Below, piece after piece: positions 29,291 to 43,840 of a DNA stretch of 64,000 bases. The notes beneath the pieces are model-generated. The model had not been told where the DNA came from and searched no databases. It was given only the letters and a program-made list of their open reading frames with translations. Location of the stretch: assembly GCF_006345805.1 (NCBI RefSeq), contig NC_043006.1:13640001-13704000 (forward strand), read 5' to 3'. Position 1 is the first letter of the stretch. Each line of letters starts with the position of its first letter. The position numbers were made by a program, and so were the translations under genes. The DNA comes from Octopus sinensis (lineage: Eukaryota).

Positions 29291-30989
29291 GAGGTGCGTG
29301 GCTTAGTGGTTAGGGTGTCAGCATCACGATATATATATATATTGTTCTGTTAGGAAGTAATTGTGTCCATTGCTACTTAATGCTCTTCGGGACTTAGAAC
29401 ATTACAGTGATTGATGTAAGGTAACAATTGTATGGAAAAAAATAAGGGCAAGTAAATTCCGAACTGTTGACATTCTAAGGTGAACAAAGACTGGGGAGAG
29501 CGGCTAGTCTGAAGCCGGCAACGGGTGAAGAGAGTAAAAGAAACAAATCTGTGGGATAAGTTTGATGGCAGGGCAGCATGCGACATACTATTACTGAAGA
29601 ACAAAAGCCATTGTTGTATCAGGAAGAAGGTAGAGTAATAATCGCTAGTGTAACAAATACTAATTGGGTTATATATAAGAGACTTTACATGGTCTTGTTT
29701 ACTCTTGAAAGTGTAGACTTCCACTATTATTTCTCAGTATCTTTGGAGCGAAACGTTAGAGATTTCAGATAAGCCGTTAAGTAACAACGAAATTTATCGC
29801 TTAGAAAGTCGGATCTTCACCGATAGAGTAAAGAAGTGTAAAAGATCGATAAACAAAACTAAGCATAAGGAGTCTATTTACCTGATAGCATGTATATAGG
29901 AATATATGAATGAGGCAATCAAGTCTTACCTTTACAGCTGTTTCGGATAAATAATAACCAGTGTCATAACCAAATAATAAGTAAAATAATAATGTATGTC
30001 CATAGATCAACACAGATTTTAGATATCCGTGATGCAACATCATGTTATTCTCATCAAAAGATTCTGGCGATTAACGTAATGTGAAACATTGTTTATATGG
30101 AAAACTGAGTTAAGAGAGATAGAATGGGAGGTAAAGTAAGAAACATAAAGAAAAATGGACAAGATGTAGAAGGGTGGTTAGTGGCGTGCAGTTTTTAATT
30201 AGAAGACATCAGTCGGTGGCATCAAGAAGACAGAGGCATAATAATCGGAGATATTGAAGTGGAGAAAAGGAAGGTATTAGCTTTATTAAAGAGAGTGTGG
30301 TACCAAATGATTGTATCACATATACTCTTCCAAAGAAAAAGTTTATCTCTTATGAAGGAATAAAACTATAAAGAATTCATCTTATAAGACGTTCTAAGAT
30401 CTTTTCTTTGATGACAAACTAGAGAACTAACAACTCTGAAGCCATTATACTTAAATTGGATTAGAAATATTCGAAGAATTTTCGCTTGACTACAAATCAG
30501 AAATGTGATAAAAAGGACAACTCTGAAAACATGCTTGAAATGGGTTTGAATCTTAACAAAAACTTCTTTTCTAAATTGACTTATATATGTGAAGTCCGTT
30601 AAAGTTTTGCCTTGCTAAATCATTGACAATTGAACGCTCAACGACCAGAATTAATAACGATACTAAATCCACACGCAGTTATTCATCATAATTTTCTGTA
30701 CGTTCATTTGATTTATTCAACTGTGCATAATGTTTCGAATGCAAGGAAGTTTACAAATAGTTTATTATTTGCTATACATATTGAATGATTTTATTCATTG
30801 TACATATTCGATCATCCCATAAATAATGCAGTTTTTTAAAATTATTTTCTATTATTTTTCAAAATTGAAATAAACACATACATGCACACACACACACATA
30901 AAAACACACAAACACGCAAACGCATGTATATGCAGTATACATACATACAAACGTACACACATACATATATACATACGCACACACATACA

Positions 30990-31170
30990 TACATCGATAC
31001 ATACATACATACATACATACATACATACATACATACGTACGTACATACATACATACATACATACATACATACATACATACATACGTACATACATACATAC
31101 ATACATACATACATACATACATACATACATACATACGTACGTACGTACATACATAGATACATACATACAT
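30990..31170. repeat. (TACA)n microsatellite
   Basis: Direct inspection. Similar tracts at 1270-1366, 18568-18690 and 25627-25690. Confidence 0.95.
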
Positions 31171-32899
31171 GTGTATGCGCACACACTGACCCACAGACAT
31201 GCGCGTGATTAGACTCGGAAACTTTGTGAAGAAACATTTGACCCAATTTACTGACCAGTTAAATACTAAGGATGATGTTTTCGACTCTTCTCTCTATACC
31301 AAAACAAAAAATGTAACCGCATGTCACTATATAAATATGATTATTAGTGATATTCTGAATATAAATATGATCATTTTCTTTTTTCTTTTTCTTTTTACTT
31401 GTTTCAGTCATTTTGACTGCAGCCATGCTGGAGCACCGCCTTTAGTCGAGCAACTCGACCCCGGAACTTATTCTTTGTAAGCCCAGTACTTATTTTATCG
31501 TTCTCTTTTGCCGAACCGCTAAGTGACGGGGACGTAAACACACCAGCATCGGTTGTCAAGCAATGCTAGGGGGACAAACACAGACACACAAACATATACA
31601 CATATATATATATATATATATATACATATATACGACAGGCTTCTTTCAGTTTCCGTCTACCAAATCCACTCACAAGGCTTTGCTCGGCCCGAGGCTATAG
31701 CAGAAGACACTTGCCCAAGGTGCCACGCAGTGGGACTGAACCCGGAACCATGTGTTGGTTAGCAAGCTACTTGCCACACAGCCACTCCTGCGCCTATTAG
31801 TGATATTCTGAATATAAATATGATTATTGGTGATATTCTGTCTTTGAAACCCAAATGAATGCTGCGTAAAATATGCACGTAAAAAATCTGACAGGAAAAA
31901 CCGAAACTGAAAAATCCAGGAAAATATGCAATATCAGAACCGACTGGTCATTTATGATCAAACTGACACCGTTTCTTACATCCCAAACAACTCATAAAAT
32001 TCCAAAATGAAAACATGTTTTATAAATAATCCTATTCTAAACATTTGTATTCTCTAGCACACAATCGGACACTGTTGTGTGATAACTAATTTCATAAGGG
32101 ACTATGACTACAAACTGGTTTCGTTTGTCACTTAAAGGTAGCATTGTCTCCATATTCTACTAATGCCTATGGTAGTTATTTATTCAAATCAATACCTTTT
32201 CATGTTCTGCTTTCTTGTCAAACTATCGTTTTCATGTCTAGTTATCATGTCTAACACTCCCTTTCATATTTTGTAATATATCTGTGACCTGTCTGCACTA
32301 TATCTGCTGTATTGTTTCTTAAGGGATCCAGATACCATCGCAATCTAGTAAGTAATCAAAGTGTCTCAATTTTTTCTATTCTGTGTGTTGTTTACTAACG
32401 TTATTGAACATGGTTCAACTTTGTAACGAAGAAACACATGAACACTTTTTGTATCATACTACTCGACAGAGAAGACATTTTGAAAATGGCTTTAATGGAG
32501 GTGAAATTATATTTAACGAAACACTAAGTTTTTCCTATTCATGTATAATACAAAAGGTTTTCATAGAAATATTTCATTCTTAGGTATTATTACTTCAATT
32601 CATTTTCTTGTTCTTTTCTCTAGTTTTTGTGGCTATGTTCTCTGGTTATTCTTTTGTATAAGTATTATTATATACCTTCATCCGTCTATAATGGCTTACA
32701 TGAAATTTCCACTGAATGAATAGATAGATAAATAAATGAATAAATATATCATATAGAAACGTTTTGAGAAGCTACAATAAACTTGCTGAAATTACAGAAA
32801 ACTTATAAATCTGTATTGAAATTCATTGATGAAAAAAGCCCGAGGGTATATATTCTTTATACAAACATTCTACATGACAGATTCACCCATTAGTTAACT

Positions 32900-33160
32900 G
32901 CATTTGACAGATGAATTAAATGAACCATCGTAAAAGTTGTTGGATGGAGAACCAGTTTCCGTTGATAGATTACAAGGTTGAACAAAAACAGTTAATATTT
33001 CTTTAATATCCTTAGAGATTTCGAGAGCTACAATAGACATTTTCATAGTATTGTAAGTATTCTCTACATCACCATACTCACTCCTATATACTCCATCTAT
33101 CGATTTACTCACACTCAATTTATTACGACAGAAACGGGTGAGCATAGGTCGTATTGCGCC
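32900..33160 (-). mobile_element. Highly degraded Penelope-like GIY-YIG relic
   Basis: SKSIDGVYRSEYGDVENTY resembles the GVY.I.C..C...YIG endonuclease motif. Confidence 0.35.
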
Positions 33161-33543
33161 GTGGTAATATTGAAAACGTTACTATATACTCTGAGCTCAA
33201 ATCTCGCCAAATCCACGAGATTTGATTCAAAATCTCTACTTGAACATCCAACAATACAAGGATAATAAAATACAAGGATAATAACATAAAGTAATAATCA
33301 GCCTTATCCAAAATGTAAACTGTATTCAAATAAGAATTTATGTGCAACACACTTTTGGGTAAAATGTTTTTGGAGTAAAAATGTGTTTATGCTAATAAAA
33401 GTAACATCTTGCATAATGAGCATTCTGCTATGCTGAACAGTAATAAACCAGTTTAGTACTAGTTTGTTATTGAGATCTTTGCTTTTTAGAGCAAAATCTG
33501 TATTTGCGTCATTCTTAATACCTTCACTCAATTTTATCAATTA

Positions 33544-34703
33544 CTAGCATTAAAGACCCGTCGTTGCCGGGTCATAGTGCTAGTGCATGTACATATGTGT
33601 ACATATTACATGTACATCTATATATATACATCTACGCATAAAATACAAAATACAAAGTTATATCTTGATATCGCTAGTGATAACAATACTCAAAATATAT
33701 AACAGACTGGAATTGTTAGCCCGTCTCTTGTAATTTCGATCAATTGTAAAGAAGTGTGGCTACAATCCAGCCTACCTCTACTTCGGAGGAGTGGGGGGGG
33801 GCATTTTTAATTTTTATCCGGGACGTCCTACGTCCCAGATATAAAGGTAAAAATAAAATATTTCCACTTTGCAAGTTCGAGTCGAGTACTCCCTTGCACG
33901 CTTCGTTGACTCAAACCTTGCTTCTATTGTGGCGAATTTACCGCCTCTGATTAGATATCTTTCATAGTCGCACCAAGACACTTTTCGAAGCTGCTTTCCT
34001 CCAGGTGTTCAAATCTTCTTTTTTCTCTACATGGTATACTTTATAGACAATAGTCTTTTCTTTAATTTAATTTTTTATTATCCATCTGGACTATTCCATT
34101 TCTGCACGCTAATTTTATTTTTAATTTATTCCCATTCATGTGAAACCACTTATTCAAGTTCAAGTCATTGATGCAATTTTATACCAATTGCTATTTTAAC
34201 TTTTTTTATGTTACGATTATATTATACTTTAGTTTGATTTTAATTATTACTTACTACATATAATTCAATTGTTATTATTATTTTTATTGTTAAAGTGAAA
34301 GTATCTGACATAAAATAGACAAATGTTTTTGTTTCACTTTTAACACGTAATACTGAAATAGTGGAGAAGATATGATATTGCTATGGGCTCGCTCTAAGCA
34401 AGAAGTTGAACATTTTTTTCCCATGAAACTACATGGACCCTAAGTAAGGCATGTGTAAAATTTGAATGAAATTGGTTGTGTAGTTCTCAAGTTTTAGGGG
34501 ATCATAGTGGAGAAGATATGATATTGCTGTGGGCTCGCCCTGGGCAAAAACTTAAAAAATTGTTTTGCCGATGACACTCCCCGGACCCTAAGTAAGACAT
34601 GTGTAAAATTTGAATGAAATTGGTTGTGTTGTTCTCAAGTTTTAGGGAAACACACAGCCAGACAGACAGACAGATCACATTCTCAGTTTTATATATATAA
34701 AGA
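33544..34703 (-). mobile_element. Non-autonomous Helitron-like element with internal ~120-bp repeats and filler DNA
   Basis: Minus strand has an A|TC start (tctttatatatataaaactgag, tctgtctg tract), duplicated blocks at 34361-34640, and a 3' hairpin gacccggcaacgacgggtc followed by CTAG|T. That both ends belong to one element is an inference. Confidence 0.6.
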
Positions 34704-35178
34704 TTAACAACCAACACATATAACTCAAGAATTTCTGTATGATTTGTTACCCATCCCCCGCACAAGTGAGAGTTGTGATTTAGCCAGTAGGGTAAAGCTA
34801 AAACTCGATCTTTACAAAGGCCTTTGATAATATTTTCTTTTAATACAAAACTTTATACACAATATATTTTTGTCTTTCTATCGATGATATACTTTCGAAA
34901 ATTATCCACCGACTAATCAAATTGTCTGTTGCGTATGAAAGTACGTATTTAAGATTTGGTTAGTTGAAAACTTTGTATTAAATTATATCATTCTTGAAAT
35001 TCAACACAAAAATACCCGCTATATGTGCTTTGTAAAATCCACCCTAAATGCATTCTGCGTTCTTCTTAAAGATATAATCTCAGCAATAGAAGTTTGACAA
35101 ATGTAATATATGTGTAAAACACAATTGTACCCCGACATCACCGCATTCTAATGACTGAAACAACTAAAAGCTATATAC

Positions 35179-35286
<108 letters not shown>

Positions 35287-36279
35287 GTATACATATGTAT
35301 ATATATATAATACTAGGCTTACAAAGAATAAGCCCTGGGGGCGATTTGTTCGACTAAAGCCGGTGCTCTAGCATGGATGCTATCAAATGACTAAAACAAT
35401 TAAAAGAATAAAATATGTGTTTTTGTGTGTATGTATATATATAATAATAATAATAATATAAATAATATATATATGCATATATACATACGTATATGTACAT
35501 ACTTACATCTATACGTATGGGCACAGGACGTCATGAAACGTGTACAACAAAAAATACGAAGTACGAGTACATGGAATATGAACTATTTTTTCGAACAACG
35601 AAAGGCACAGATGGAAAACAAGACAAGCAACACAAAGAACGACCCCTCATCAGTGGTTGGCTTTTTGTCTAATCTCGTATTTCGAGCATTTAACAACAAT
35701 ATGCGCTTTCGATAAAACACTTTCTCCCGCAAAGCAAAGCAAATAAGTATTAAAAGTTTAACTTTTAATGCTGCACGAAGCGCACAATATATGTACACTG
35801 ACAGAAAGAGTGATGACCACACCATGAACGAAGCTAGAACACTCTTTTACTTGACTAGTTTCGTCTATCAGTTGTACACTCGTGAGCAATGCCTACTCCA
35901 TCGCTCAGCTGGTTTGGCTAAATTGATCTGCCAGTATATATATATTTACCATATAAATTCATGGCTGATTTAACGAAATGCTAATGTGTATATTAAAGGT
36001 TAAGATAAGCAACTAGCCGCAATATAACCCCATAAAGGAAAAATTAAATCGTCACGGTTATTTCTGCTGATGATCCTACAAGTCTAGTCCAGTGCTCCTC
36101 TCTTCGTTCATGGGGCGCTTATCTCCCCTGTCTGTGTTTATATAGATATATTGCGTGCTTCATGCAGTTCGAAGAGTTTTCACTATCTCTTGCAATATAG
36201 GTGCTATTCAGCACCCCCAGTCACGATTAACGACGATTCATTTTTTCCGTTATGGTTTTCTATAGCGCCTAATTCCTTG

Positions 36280-37279
36280 ACACATGTGTACGAACAGCCA
36301 TGAAGTGAAACATGGGCCATGACTGCCGAGGACAAGCGTAAACTCGCAAGGAATGACGCCAGTATACTCCGATGGATGTGTAATGTCAGTGTACATACTC
36401 GACAGAGTGTAAGTACCTTGAGAGAAAAGTTGCACCTAAGAAGCATCAGATGTGGTGTGCAAGAGAGACGACTGCGCTGGTATGGTCATGTGGCGAGAAT
36501 GGATGAGGATAGTTGTGTAAAATAGTGCCACACCCTAGCGGTTGAGGGAACTTGTGGAAGAGGTAGACCCAAGAAAACCTGGGGTGAAGTGGTGAAGCAC
36601 GACCTCCGAATATTAGGCCTCACCGAGGCAATGACTAGTAACCGAGGCCTTTGGAAATGTGCTGTGCATGAGAGGACCCGGCAAGCCAAGTGAGACCATA
36701 ACCTCGCGGCCTATGCCAGGGGTATAACCAGCCCACTTATGCGTACCTTTCCTTCATTGGACACTAAACTCTGCTTGCGAAGACCCGTTGCGGGAAGTGA
36801 AATCGAAATCAAATTCGATGACTAGCATCCGTGCCAGTGGAGCGCTAAGAGAACCATCCGAGCGTGATCGTCGCCAGAGCGGCTAACTGGCTTCCGTGCC
36901 GGTGGCACGTAAAAACCACCATTCGTGCGTGATCGTTACCAGCGTCGCGTTACTGGCACTTGTGCCGGTGGCACGTGAACAAACATTCGAGCGAGATCGT
37001 TGCCAGTGCCGCTCGACTGGCTTCTGTGCAGGTGGCACGTAAAAAGCACTGTTTGAGCGTGGCCGATGCCAGTACCGCCTGACTGGCCGTCGTGCCGATG
37101 GCATGTAAAAGTACCCACTACACTCTCGGAGTGGTTGGCGTTAGGAAGGGCATCGATCTGTAGAAACTCTGCCAGATCAAGATTGGAGCTTGGTGCAGCC
37201 ATCTGGTTCGCTAGACATCAGTCAAATCGTCCAACACATGCTAGCATGGAAAGCGTACATTAAATGATGATGATGATGA

Positions 37280-37281
<2 letters not shown>
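36280..37281 (+). mobile_element. RTE-clade LINE 3' end with a long structured 3' region and (GAT)n tail
   Basis: ETWAMTAEDKRKLARNDASILRWMCNV...ERRLRWYGHVARMDEDSCVK*...GRGRPKKTWGEVVKHDL...RGLW is an RTE C-terminus; then four ~65-bp repeats and a gatgatgat tail. Confidence 0.85.
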
Positions 37282-37347
<66 letters not shown>

Positions 37348-37995
37348 TATTGTTCTGTGATGGTAAGAAAGCAAAAAATATTCCATCTACTGAGAGATAA
37401 ATATTATTTAATAATACAATATATGTTGTTATGTGATACTATTAATTTCATGTGCTGAGAGCATGCCAAGCAGTTGTTGGTTGGTCGGTTGGTCGGTTGA
37501 TTGGCTGGTTGGCTGGGAGACTGTCTGGCTGGCTGGTTGGTTGGTCTGGTCGGCTGGTTGACTGTTTTCCATACTAAAGTTTTAGATCGCTTTGAGTTAG
37601 TATATAAGAAAGAGAGTGAATGAGCATAAGAGGTGCAAGATAACTGGCTTATACCGTTCTGAAAAATGCACATTTTTTAATGAAATTTAACAGGTATAGG
37701 TTTTCGATAGATTAGATTTATATTACGTAGATAAAATTTAGAGAAATGATAGCATATTTTTGTTCCAAATACAAAAGCGAGAAATGTGCTTTATTTTATT
37801 TCATTGGGGGGAAATTATTTTCAATTTCTTCATTTTGCATCAGAGCCAAGTAATTTGCCAAAATCTTAAATATAATTATCGCTTGAAACATATTTCGTGA
37901 TAATACTCGTGGTGGCAAAAATATCCTTCCAAAAGTTATTGTCACATGACAGGCATATCTCTTGCGCATATATTGTGATACAATATAATATAATA

Positions 37996-39056
37996 TGATA
38001 TACATACAGATATACATACATACATACATACATACATACAAACACACATACATACATACATTCATACATACATACATACATTCATACACACATACATACA
38101 TACATGCATACATGAATACATACGTACATACATACTTACATACACACACACATACATACATACATTCATACATACATACATACATTCATACATACATACA
38201 TACATACATTCATACATTCATACATACGTACATACATACTTACATACACACACACATACATACATACATACATACATACATACATACATACATACATACA
38301 TACATGCATACATACATACATTCATATATTCATACATACGTACATACATACATACATTCATACACACATACATACATACATACATACATACATACATACA
38401 TACATACATACATGCATACATACATACATACATTCATACATTCATACATACGTACATACATACATACATACACACATACATACATACATTCATGCATACA
38501 TACATACACACATACATACATACATACATACATACATACATACATGCATACATACATACATTCATATATTCATACATACGTACATACATACATACATTCA
38601 TACATACATACATACATACATACATACATACATACATACATACATACATACATACATGCATACATACATACATACATTCATACATTCATACATACGTACA
38701 TACATGCATACATACACACATACATACATGCATACATTCATACATAGGTACATACATACATACATACATACATACATACATACATACATACATACACACA
38801 TACATACATACATACATACATACATACATACAAACATGCATACATAAACACATACATACATACATACATACATACAAACATGCATACATAAACACATACA
38901 TACATACATACATACACACACATACATACACACACACACATGCATGCATACATACATGCATACATACATACATACACACACACATACATACACACACATA
39001 CATACATACATGCATACATACATACATACACACATACATACATACATACATACATT
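37996..39056. repeat. ~1.06-kb compound (TACA)n microsatellite with a 240-bp higher-order period
   Basis: The variant motif ttcatatattcatacatacgtac occurs at 38321 and 38561; it explains all of the HTYI/MYVC ORFs here. Confidence 0.93.
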
Positions 39057-39978
39057 AGGTGATTATTCAATTTGGCATAATTTGTTTTTCCTTCCTCCAT
39101 GTTCTTTTTACTCTTAGACAATTTTTTATTTAAAACATGTCTTCTATTTTGGTAAATTAGTGATATTCAACTTACCTCGAATATTTACAATTTGTTTCTG
39201 TTTTCTTTTTTCTTGGGGTTTCATGCTACTTGTCTCTTTTATTTTTATTTTTATGTTTTATTTTAATGCTACAGTTATTTGCTTCTACGCGCCTGACATC
39301 ATTAAAATATATGCTTATGAATCCCGCTATTTATATATCTGCATGTATAATATATGCATATACGTATATATGTATGTATGTTTTCTACACTCCTCAAAAC
39401 CCCGGGATTTCCGAACCAGAGTCCCTTTACGGGATGTTGTTTAAAGTTATACCCAGGACACAATCAACACCAAGGAGTCCCACACTTCTAGAGACTTTAC
39501 TGCGTACCCCGACACCAATCAAGGGTATTTCTGTGCCCAGGTACTCAAATGGAGTGTCATCGCATATGCCAATCAAACAATAGGTGGGACCCTGACAGAG
39601 GCTAATACTCCGGCTTAGAACAGACCTTGGAACAATAAGGATTAAAAGGAACCACTTCTCAGAAATACTCTTGGTTAATGTCAGGGCACGCACCAAAACC
39701 ACTAAAAGCGAGAATCCTGACTGTTACCACAGCATTCCTTAGAGGAGTGGAACACACTAATATAAAGCCTGCGGTTTTACGTGGTTACTTGTCATCTCAC
39801 TTTGGCCTGTCACTAGGTACTAATCACAGAGACTCAGATACTGGTACTGGTGTTGTACAAGCGTTTATTCCTATAATCTAATGATGAACAGATGTCTTTT
39901 CATGGCTATCCTTATTCGTCATGCCATCTACGGAAGTCCAATGGTTACAGAAGAAAGACAACACGTGCAGACCTAACC

Positions 39979-40204
39979 TATTTCTTTATTACCCACAAGG
40001 GGCTAAACACAGAGGGGACAAACAAGGACAGACATAGGTATTAAGTCGATTACATCGACCCCAGTGCGTAACTGGTACTTAATTTATCGACCCCGAAAGG
40101 ATGAAAGGCAAAGTCGACCTCGGCGGAATTTGAACTCACAACGTAACGCAGACGAAATACCGCTAATCATTTCGCCCGGCGTGCTAACGTTTCTGCCAGC
40201 TCCC
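39979..40204 (-). mobile_element. Family C SINE monomer
   Basis: 15-bp TSD cgtgcagacctaacc (39964-39978 and 40205-40219). Confidence 0.9.
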
Positions 40205-40601
40205 CGTGCAGACCTAACCAGTTAGAAGTGAATAGTAAGTTGCACCTTCCGTCTGTCTCTAAATTTCAAACTATGCAAATCCGCAGCGGGTCGGAGAAGT
40301 CATATGAGAGATCATAGACAGAATATGAGAAATGCCGTTCACAAGGAGGCACAAGGAGACGGCAATCATCTGTGAAGATGAAGCAATCCCCATAACCTTT
40401 TCCTTGTTTCCGTCAGTTGACTGTGGCCATGATGGAGCACCGCCTTTAATCGAGCAAATCGACCCCAGGACTTATTCTTTGTAAGCCCAATACTTATTCT
40501 ATCGGTCTCTTTTGCCGAACCGCTAAATTGCAGCGATGTAAACACACCAGCGTCGGTTGCCAAGCGATGTTGGGGGGAAAAAAACACAGACACACAAACA
40601 T

Positions 40602-40636
<35 letters not shown>

Positions 40637-41300
40637 CGACAGGCTTCTTTCAGTTTCCGTCTACCAAATCCACTCACAAGGCTTTGGCCGACTCGATGCT
40701 ATAGTAGAAGACACTTGGCGAAGGTGCCACGCAGTGGGACTGAACCCGGAAACTATGTGGTTGGTAAACAAGCTACTTACCACACGGCCACTCCTACGCC
40801 TATGTATGTTTTCTTAGTCTTATTTTCCGAATTTATCATCAACGGAGAAAATACTAGCTTTTAACCTAGAAACATCTTTCATGCATTCATTGGATTTTAG
40901 ACAACGTCAACAGGATAGTCTTCTATGTATGTATTTATGTACAAATGCATACGCCTACCAATTATTTATTTATTTATTTTTTATTTTTTATCTTGTATCT
41001 GCTATTTTTTCATCGTGCACGCTTCTCTCCGTTCTTTCCCTATTTTTCAATCTTATTTTACATTTTATTTTATTTCTGTATACACGCAAACATACATACA
41101 CACACGTACATATATATATATACACACGCGTACAGATACACGCACGTGCACACACATGAATGCACATATACCTCATACTTATATATGCACTGTGCACACG
41201 ACCAGTTTAAATAATAATAATAGTAATTATATCTATATATCTTATATATCTATATATCTATATATATATCTATCTATATATATATATCTATATATATATA

Positions 41301-41352
<52 letters not shown>

Positions 41353-41359
41353 TAGATAA

Positions 41360-41905
41360 ACTTAGATATGTTTCGACTAAAGATTGGTCCAGGCCATGTC
41401 TAACTTAATAGCACCACCTGATAGGATTATTCGAATCCTGTTTAAGTCAAGTTTTGTTTATGGTCCATTCAAGTAGTGAGTTCTTGTTGGGTGAGTTGTA
41501 TCCAATTATGGGTGGCTTATCTGGTATTCTCTGAAGGAATCGATCCAGACTCCGTTTAAAGTTGATGGGATCCTTTTCCTCTTTGATCTCTTTCGGGACA
41601 ATGTTAAATAGGGCAGGGCCTGTTGAGGAAAAGAAATTATGTTGCAGTGTACATGTATGTTGTGATCTTGAATTGGACAGGGGACGTATGGCCCGTGGTC
41701 CCAGTCTTGGATGAACCTTGAAGCTAATGTTCAGGTCGTTTGGGCAAAGTTGGCGGTATATTCTCCACATCGTACAAATGACGTACCTCTCACGGCGACG
41801 CTGGAGAGAGTAAAGTTTCAAGGCTTTAAGGCGATCCCAATAATCGAGAGCAGCCATGCCTTCAATTCGTTTAGTGAGTGCCCTCTGGGGTGACTCAATA
41901 CTCGA
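41360..41905 (-). mobile_element. CR1-type LINE 3' end
   Basis: LDYWDRLKALKLYSLQRRRERY...GPALFNIVPKEIK...FKRSLDRFLQRIPDKP is a CR1 ORF2 C-terminus. Confidence 0.85.
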
Positions 41906-43840
41906 GATGTTTTGTCTTAGAAACCATAATCTAGAGTTTGATCGTAAATTTTATACTTATTCTCAGCGATGTGAAAGCTTTTTATCTCTTTTATCCTCAT
42001 CTTTTACAAGGAACAAAGACCAATTGTCATTTGAAACGTATTACACTTTAGAAATAATTCTCATTTGAAACTTTAATTATCTTTTAAAACACGACATTTC
42101 GAACAAAACCCGATGTCCTTAACGTAGTAAAAAGAAACACATTATTTATAGCTGATTATATGATCTTCCACTACGAAGGAATTAATTATTTTCGACTCCT
42201 AATCTGATTCATTATTTTTGTATCAATAAACAGACAATATGTACATTATTATTAATTTCATACTAATTAATGTCTTTGTAACGGGTTTACATGCGAACTA
42301 AAATAAAGAATGAAAGTAAGAAAGAATGGTAAAGCGAACAATAGAATAAACTATAGGTTACCTTTACAATATATTATATACTTAGTAACGATATCAAGGT
42401 ATGTATTCATAGGTGAAACTAAAATATTTTGAACTTAGCTTATTTCTTAGGGTTACATATTTTAGGTTAAGTATGAAAGCTATTATTTGATTATATCATT
42501 CGCTGATGCTGAAAGATTACAATTGTTGATAATATCTAACACGAAATATAAACCATAGAATCATTTGCAAAAAAGATATAATATTCCACCTACACGTGCT
42601 CAAATTTCCATTTGTTATCAATCTATATTTTGAATATCTTTCACACCCTGTATTTTATTTCAGTATTTTCTCTCACATCTATATAATTGAAATATATCAT
42701 ATATATATACATGTTTTGTATAGGATCTTATCAATGCAATATTACTATTATACAGAAGCTGTAGTTTCCCTGTAAACTGATGACGTGGCAGGATTTTATT
42801 TTCTGACTAATGCCGATTCCTTTTGTCACTAACATATTTTTCACTCTATATTCAACCTATATTTTGGTTTTCATTCAACACAAACAAATTCCTAAGCCTA
42901 TGATGCAGCTTTTGGCCGAAATTGTGATGCAGTACAAAATACATTATATCTTCTTTCATCTACATCCTGAGATTAAAATGTCTTCTGCTGTAACGGATAT
43001 CTTCTTTGTAGATTTCCATAAGATTAAAATAATAGTAAGCTACACGAAGAATCGATAAGTGCAGAATCCTCTGAGTAACTTTTCAGTAGCTTACTGTAGA
43101 TATCTACCTCTAAATCTACCACTTCACGCCTGTTCATTACGTGCGGGTGTAGTTGTTATTTCATTTTTACAATACATTTATCATTACATAAGTTAATTAT
43201 CGTCAAGAAGCTTGTAGATATTTAGACCGAAAGTTCACCTTTTCAATTTTTAATTTTGTTCTCTTTCTAATAAAACACAACTTGACAAACTTTTGTCTTT
43301 AATAAGTTTATTCAGTTCATCCAAAATGAAAGAATGAATATTGATTATCAAAATATGAAAGAAACACTTTTCATAGATATTAAACTTTAATAGTGACTAT
43401 ATTCATGAATCTACAGCATTTTAACACCCTTCGATATTATCAATACAAAACAAAATCGGTTTAACTATCTTCATAACATCTTGTGCTGTATTTGCTCTAA
43501 GAACGTAGCTGCACCGAGATAAGTATAAAAACTAAAAATAGCATTATCTAAGACAGATGAGTTATATTTCTAAATAAAGTTCAATAAGGAATTTCTTAAG
43601 GAATTATTAATTCCTTGGAGTACTGAAGTATCTGCAATGCATAAACAACAAGCAGGTGCATTCTGAAGTGAAAGCTGATATTTTTAAGATAGATGCATTT
43701 CAAACACCAGTCTGTGTATGGAAGTCAGGAAAATAAACGAATAATCACTCCTTGATGTAGTCCTTTTAGGCGTTATTTTAATGAATTACAAGAAGCTCCA
43801 ACTAATTTCCAGTGTACGAAAATTAAACAGCATTAAATAA

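Noticed and set aside
29380-30350. Minus-strand ORFs of 115 and 80 aa
   Set aside because: No recognisable domain or splice context; possibly a very old LINE relic, but I cannot support a call.
35540-35760. Third hammerhead candidate (minus-strand CTGATGAG and a nearby GAAA)
   Set aside because: I could not build stems I and III in any circular permutation; it is probably a PLE-derived terminus with a broken or absent ribozyme.
39400-39880. Possible Gypsy RNase H relic (DFTAYPDT...VIAYANQT)
   Set aside because: The resemblance is weak and needs several frameshifts; too uncertain without a translated search.
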